Shown: positions 41,461 to 45,891 of the stretch, one piece after another
Layout: each line of letters starts with the position of its first letter
Position numbering within the stretch: position 1 is the first letter of the stretch
Source: Verrucomicrobiota bacterium
Lineage (GTDB): Bacteria > Verrucomicrobiota > Lentisphaeria > Lentisphaerales > Lentisphaeraceae
Assembly: GCA_039798785.1 (NCBI GenBank)
Contig: JBDKFG010000035.1
Coordinates: 1 to 45,891 of the forward strand
Direction of reading: 5' to 3'
DNA: 45,891 nt
Notes under the pieces: generated by a model
Told to the model about the DNA's origin: nothing
What the model saw: only the letters and a program-made list of their open reading frames with translations
Databases searched by the model: none
Position numbers and translations under genes: made by a program

Positions 41461-41910
41461 TCAGGCCTTGACGACCCAAACCTTGAGCTTGGCGGTGACT
41501 TCTTTGTGGACCTTGACGTTGACTTCGTGGACGCCGAGCTTGCGGATCGGGTCGAGGAAGTGGATGGCGCGGCGATCCACCGAGATGCCCTCGGCGGTGA
41601 GAAGACGGTGGCAGTCGGTCGCGGTGACCGCGCCGAAGAGCTTCTCGTCGTCGCCAGCCTGCATCGGGATGGTGATGGTGGTTTCGCCAATGCGGCGGCC
41701 GACTTCTTGAGCGGCGGCGACCTTGGCGGCGTATTCGGCGGCGACTTTCTCCTGGCGCTTGGCGATCTGCTTTTCGACGGCCTTGGTGGCGCAGACGGCG
41801 AGCTTGCGGGGGAAGAGGAAGTTGCGGGCGTAGCCTTCGGAAACGCGGACTTTGTCGCCGCAGTTGCCGAGGGTGTCGATGTTATCGAGGAGAACGACTT
41901 CGATGGCCAT
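41461..41910 (-). CDS. rplI: 50S ribosomal protein L9
   Basis: EVVLL..LG..G..V.V..GYARNFLFP, KLFGAVT, PIRKLG. Confidence 0.97.
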   Translation of the reverse strand: MAIEVVLLDNIDTLGNCGDKVRVSEGYARNFLFPRKLAVCATKAVEKQIAKRQEKVAAEYAAKVAAAQEVGRRIGETTITIPMQAGDDEKLFGAVTATDCHRLLTAEGISVDRRAIHFLDPIRKLGVHEVNVKVHKEVTAKLKVWVVKA

Positions 41911-41918
41911 GATTTACC

Positions 41919-42161
41919 TCACTTGACGAGCGCGATGTTGCGGGCGCGCTTGACGGCTTCGGCCAGCATGGCCTGATATTTTTTCGACACGCCGGTGATG
42001 CGGCGGGGGAGGATGCGGCCTCCCTCGGTGGTGAACTTGCGGAGCATTTCAGCGTCGGTGTAGTCGATGTAGTTGACTTTCTGCTCGGTGAAGCGGCAGA
42101 CCTTGAGGCGGACGACCTTTTTGCGCTTCTTGCGGACGTTGGTGGATTTCTTGCCGGCCAT
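41919..42161 (-). CDS. rpsR: 30S ribosomal protein S18
   Basis: IDY.D...LRKF.TE.GRILPRRITG, AVKRARNIAL. Confidence 0.97.
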   Translation of the reverse strand: MAGKKSTNVRKKRKKVVRLKVCRFTEQKVNYIDYTDAEMLRKFTTEGGRILPRRITGVSKKYQAMLAEAVKRARNIALVK

Positions 42162-42194
42162 GGTGTTGGACCTTTTTTGAGCTTTAGGATGGGT

Positions 42195-42818
42195 TCAGAA
42201 CGGGATGTCGTCTTCCGCGCCGTTGCCGAAGTCGGGCATGACGGGGGCTTCGTTCGAGGCTTGCGGACGCGGGGCTGCGGCGCGCGGGGCACCGAAGTCG
42301 GCGTAGTCGTCGCGCGGGGCGGGAGCCGAGGCGTAGCCCTGGTCGCGGGGCGCGTAGCCGCCAGGAGCGCGAGGCGCCTGGTTGTAGCTGCGCGGGGCGG
42401 GGGCGGGAGCTCCGACATCGTCGCCATCGACATAGGCTTCCGGCGGAGCGCCGAAGTCTTCATGTCCGCCGCCATGACCACCGCGCTGCTGCGGACCGCC
42501 GACGAGGCGGAGCTGGTCGCAGGTGATGCTGTGGCGGCTTTGCTTGGCGCCGTTTTTGTCGACCCAGGATTCGAGACGGAGGAAACCCTCGATCAGGACC
42601 GGGGCGCCGCGGCGCAAGTAGTTGGCGGCGGTATCAGCCTGGCGGCCCCAGACATTGACATCGATGAAGCAGACTTCTTCGCGCTTCTCGCCGTTGACGA
42701 CGTAGACGCGATTGATCGCGAGGCCGAGCTTGGCCAGGTTCTGCCCGCCGGGCAGTTGGCGCATCTCGGGGTCGCGGGTGAGATTGCCCATGACGATGAC
42801 TTTGTTGAAGGAGGCCAT
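42195..42818 (-). CDS. ssb: Single-stranded DNA-binding protein
   Basis: FNKVIVMGNLTRDPE, C-terminal EDDIPF. Confidence 0.97.
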   Translation of the reverse strand: MASFNKVIVMGNLTRDPEMRQLPGGQNLAKLGLAINRVYVVNGEKREEVCFIDVNVWGRQADTAANYLRRGAPVLIEGFLRLESWVDKNGAKQSRHSITCDQLRLVGGPQQRGGHGGGHEDFGAPPEAYVDGDDVGAPAPAPRSYNQAPRAPGGYAPRDQGYASAPAPRDDYADFGAPRAAAPRPQASNEAPVMPDFGNGAEDDIPF

Positions 42819-42864
42819 GCGAAGATTCCTTGTGCCTTATTCAGTGCAGAGGCGGAGGAGACGA

Positions 42865-43188
42865 TCAGACGTTGGTGAGATCGAGGACTTTGGGAGTCTC
42901 GGGGATGTCGTTGACATGAACGACATGGCGGAGAACCGATTCCTCGAGGCGGAACTTATCCATGAACTCTTTCACGTTTGCGGTCGGCATGGTGAAGAAG
43001 AAGCGCCAGTAAAGGCCGGATGTGCGCTTGCCGATGGGGCGAGCGAATTGCTTGCGGCCCATGGACTTGTGAGTGATTTCGGTGCCGCTGAGGGACTTGA
43101 TCAGTTCGGTGATCTTCTCAGCGTAGGCAGTGCCACCATCCTCAAACTTGCGATCGTTGAGGATGAAGATAGCGTCGTATTTCTTCAT
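42865..43188 (-). CDS. rpsF: 30S ribosomal protein S6
   Basis: MKKYDAIFIL, MGRKQFARPI.K..SGLY, ESVLR; position before ssb-rpsR. Confidence 0.92.
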   Translation of the reverse strand: MKKYDAIFILNDRKFEDGGTAYAEKITELIKSLSGTEITHKSMGRKQFARPIGKRTSGLYWRFFFTMPTANVKEFMDKFRLEESVLRHVVHVNDIPETPKVLDLTNV

Positions 43189-43850
43189 CTTGACTCCTGA
43201 TTCGGTTGACGTGAACCTGGTTTCTTCGGCGTCGTGCCGTTGAACTGGTTCATCGCAGCACTGCAGCCTTGACTGCAGAGCATCAGCACGGCTTCGGCAG
43301 CGCGCGACAGACTTTCCTCGATGAGGGGTCTCTCGCTCTCACCAAATGGGGTGAGAACATGATCGGCCAGGTCTTCGGGTTTCCCCGGATGACCGATGCC
43401 GATGCGTAGGCGCACAAAGTCAGCTCCTCCCAGTCTTTCGAGCAAGGATTTGATTCCATTGTGTCCGGCGCTGCTGCCGCCGTATCGTAACCTGATTTTC
43501 CCGGGCGGCAAGCCGGCTTCATCATAAACTGCGAGAATCTCTTCCGCTTTTATGTCCAAATCCCGGACGCACTTGCGCACCGCGTCGCCGCTGGCGTTCA
43601 TGTAGGTCATCGGCTTGAGCAGGAAAAGCGGCCGTCCGCCCAGCTCGATCTCGGCAAACTCGCCGTCGTACTTCTTGCGGAAACAGCCGCCCCGCGCCTT
43701 CAAAAGCTGATCCGCCAGCATGAAGCCGACGTTGTGGCGGGTGGCGGCATATTCGGCGCCGGGATTGCCGAGGGCGACAAGAAGCCGCGGCGGCCCGAGG
43801 GGCAGCGGTTTTTCCGGGGCGGCGGGGAGGGGGGGCGGTGGTTTCGGCAT
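43185..43850 (-). CDS. pth: Peptidyl-tRNA hydrolase
   Basis: LGNPGAEYAATRHNVGF, KPMTYMNASG, AGHNGIKS, RLRIGIG. Confidence 0.95.
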   Translation of the reverse strand: MPKPPPPLPAAPEKPLPLGPPRLLVALGNPGAEYAATRHNVGFMLADQLLKARGGCFRKKYDGEFAEIELGGRPLFLLKPMTYMNASGDAVRKCVRDLDIKAEEILAVYDEAGLPPGKIRLRYGGSSAGHNGIKSLLERLGGADFVRLRIGIGHPGKPEDLADHVLTPFGESERPLIEESLSRAAEAVLMLCSQGCSAAMNQFNGTTPKKPGSRQPNQESR

Positions 43851-43963
43851 CGTTGGGCTTCTGCGGGCTGGAGAGTTTAGGGACGGAAGTTTAGCCCGGC
43901 CTCGGGAGAAGGCAAAATCGACGCGTGACAAAGGGAGTGGGGAGATGCAAGATTCAAGATTCT

Positions 43964-44223
43964 TGCCCCAGCGGGGCTGTCTGATCTTAGCCTGGGGCGG
44001 AGCCGAGGGACGAGGCGCAGCCCCAGGACTCTGATTTTTGGATCCGAGCCCTGAAAGGGCGACGTGAAAACTACGCACTGGTGAAATCAATCTAACATTG
44101 AATAAACACCGGATCTCAAGCCGCCCCCTTGGGGCTCGAACTTATTTTTTTTCTTATAACCCGGGGGTGCGCCTCGTCCCTCGGCTCCACCCCGGGCTGA
44201 GATTATGTCGCCCCTTCGGGGCT
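43964..44223. mobile_element. Non-autonomous REPIN/MITE-like element with long imperfect inverted arms
   Basis: Left GCCCCAGCGGGGC..AGCCTGGGGCGGAGCCGAGGGACGAGGCGCAGCCCCAGG..GAGCCCTGAAAGGGCG mirrors right CGCCCCCTTGGGGCTC..CCCGGGGGTGCGCCTCGTCCCTCGGCTCCACCCCGGGCT..CGCCCCTTCGGGGC around an AT-rich core. Confidence 0.75.
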
Positions 44224-44257
44224 GCGAGAAAGCACAGCGATCCCGAGACGAAACCTC

Positions 44258-45730
44258 TCACTCCGCCGGCTTGTCCTTGCCCTTGCCGCCTTTTTTGCCT
44301 TCCTTCTTCTCGCCTTTGCTCTTGCCGCTGCCCTTGGTGGCTTCTTTCGGGGCGGCGGGGTCGTAGGCGGGGTTGGGCCTGGGCATCCAGGCGTCGTCGG
44401 CCTTGAGGCGGGCGAGGAGGTCGGCCTTCATCGCGGCGGCGCGGGAGGCCTCGGACTTGGCGAGGTCGTTCTGTTCGCCGGGATCGTTCTTGAGGTTGTA
44501 GAGCTCGACGTGGTCGTCCTCGTAGTCGAGGAGCAGCTTCCAGTCGCCGATGACGAGGGCGGAGCTGGGGGTGCCGCCCTGGTAGTGGGGGAAGTGGAAG
44601 CTCATGCCGGGCTGGGCCCGCTTCACTTCGGCCTCGGGCTTGGCCAGCACCGGGCGCAGGTCGCCGCCGGCGAGGCCTTTGGGCAGCTTGTCGGCGGGGA
44701 GTCCGGCCAAGGAGCAGAAGGTGGGCAGCAGGTCTTCGCCGGCGATCAGGGTGCGCGACACGGCGTTTTGCGGGATGCCGGGGCCGCGGATGATGAAGGG
44801 GACGCGGATGCCCGCCTCGCGCAGGTCGCCCTTGCCGCCGGAGAGGACGCCTTTCTTGCCGCTCATGCCGTTGTCGGCCATGTAGATGACGTAGGTGCTG
44901 GAGGCGAGGCCCTGTTCATCGACGGATTTGAGGAGCTGGCCGATGGCGGTGTCGAGGTTCTCCATGATCGCGGCTCGGCTGACTTCCTGGCCCTTGGCGT
45001 CGGGCATCAGCTTCTGGTATTTGGCGATGGTTTCGGGCAGGGCGTTGTGCGAGGCGTGCAGGGCGTAGCTGGAGATCTGGACGTAGAAGGGCTTGCCGGC
45101 GGCGCGGGATTTCTTGATGAATTCGGCGGCGCGTTTCGAAGTGGAGAAGAGGGCGAGGGGGTCGGGCGGGGTGAGATTGTCGGCGTCGCGATTGCCGGTG
45201 TCGCCATCGGACTCGTCGTAGCCGTGTTTGGCGGGGCCGCCGCCGGAGATGTGCCATTTGCCGTAGTGGGCGGTGGCGTAGCCGGCGGTCTTGAGCAGTT
45301 CGCCGATGGTGACTTCCTTGGCCTCGAGATCCTTGCTGCAGTCGGCTTCGATCAGCTTGAAGGAGGGTCCGTCGCCGACGCCGGGGGCGGCCTTGGTCCA
45401 GTGTTGCGAGGCGGGGGTCTTGCCGGTCTGGATGCTGACGCGGGTGGGCGAGCAGACCGGAGCGGGGGCGTAGGCTTGCGAGAAGCGCAAACCGGCGGCG
45501 GCGAGCTTCTCGAGGTTGGGGGTCTGGATCACCGCGCTTTTCGAGCCGGGGATCTGGGGATCCATGGGCACCGCGGTGCCGTTCCAGGCCTGGTCGTCGG
45601 CGAGGATGAAGATGATGTTGGGTTTCTTGCCGGCGGGCAGGGGCGGGATGGCGGCGGGCTTTGCGGCGGGCGCAGCGGGGCTTGCGGGAGCCGCAAGAAG
45701 CAGGGCGGAGACGAGGGAGAGGGTGAGCAT
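44258..45730 (-). CDS. Secreted formylglycine-dependent (S1) sulfatase
   Basis: Signal peptide, KPNIIFILADD, CSPTR, GKWH, ADNG, ELYNLKNDPGEQ. Confidence 0.95.
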   Translation of the reverse strand: MLTLSLVSALLLAAPASPAAPAAKPAAIPPLPAGKKPNIIFILADDQAWNGTAVPMDPQIPGSKSAVIQTPNLEKLAAAGLRFSQAYAPAPVCSPTRVSIQTGKTPASQHWTKAAPGVGDGPSFKLIEADCSKDLEAKEVTIGELLKTAGYATAHYGKWHISGGGPAKHGYDESDGDTGNRDADNLTPPDPLALFSTSKRAAEFIKKSRAAGKPFYVQISSYALHASHNALPETIAKYQKLMPDAKGQEVSRAAIMENLDTAIGQLLKSVDEQGLASSTYVIYMADNGMSGKKGVLSGGKGDLREAGIRVPFIIRGPGIPQNAVSRTLIAGEDLLPTFCSLAGLPADKLPKGLAGGDLRPVLAKPEAEVKRAQPGMSFHFPHYQGGTPSSALVIGDWKLLLDYEDDHVELYNLKNDPGEQNDLAKSEASRAAAMKADLLARLKADDAWMPRPNPAYDPAAPKEATKGSGKSKGEKKEGKKGGKGKDKPAE

Positions 45731-45748
45731 GGGGGGCTCCTTTGGAGA

Positions 45749-45891
45749 TTCAAAATTCAAAATTCAAAATTCAAGATGAGAGCAGGAGGGACATTCAAGA
45801 TTCAAGATTCAAGATTCAAGATTCAAGATTCAAGATTCAAGATTCAAGATTCAAGATTCAAGATTCAAGATTCAAGATTCAAGATTCAAGA
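45749..45891 (+). repeat. Heptamer array TTCAA(G/A)A running to the window end
   Basis: 3x TTCAAAA + TTCAAGA (45749-45776), 17-nt spacer, then 14 perfect TTCAAGA (45794-45891). Confidence 0.95.

Noticed and set aside
45794..45891. Terminal tandem repeat as a telomere
   Set aside because: The same heptamer and layout occur internally at 32090; an assembly or window break in a repeat is the simpler explanation

Overview
High-GC bacterial chromosomal segment, probably PVC superphylum (Lentisphaerota-like). This is an inference from the pth-rpsF-ssb-rpsR-rplI-dnaB order, the sulfatase, the Ser/Thr kinase-cNMP fusion and DUF2851. Most of it is housekeeping: glmM, trpC, ppdK, dapD, rimO, tolB-like, hflX, Dus, DinG, purF, prc and the S6/S18/L9/DnaB cluster. 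An accessory layer is interleaved with these genes. (1) A divergent, host-adapted HUH/Y1 (RAYT/IS200-like) nuclease gene with a long C-terminal extension sits next to glmM. (2) Two non-coding REP/REPIN-like inverted-repeat elements share one motif (20923-21044, 43964-44223). (3) Heptamer TTCAAGA/TCTTAAY arrays lie just upstream of start codons; two share a '4 units + 17-nt spacer ending GGACA + more units' layout, and one runs off the window end. (4) A pair of RlaP-like Pol-beta nucleotidyltransferases is split by a Zn-ribbon gene and an extremely AT-rich gene. (5) Several lower-GC orphan genes (SMI1/KNR4, DUF4240, unknowns) follow native genes in the same orientation. No rRNA, tRNA or CRISPR array was seen. 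All family calls come from motif recognition by eye; no searches were run. Start codons were chosen by inspection.
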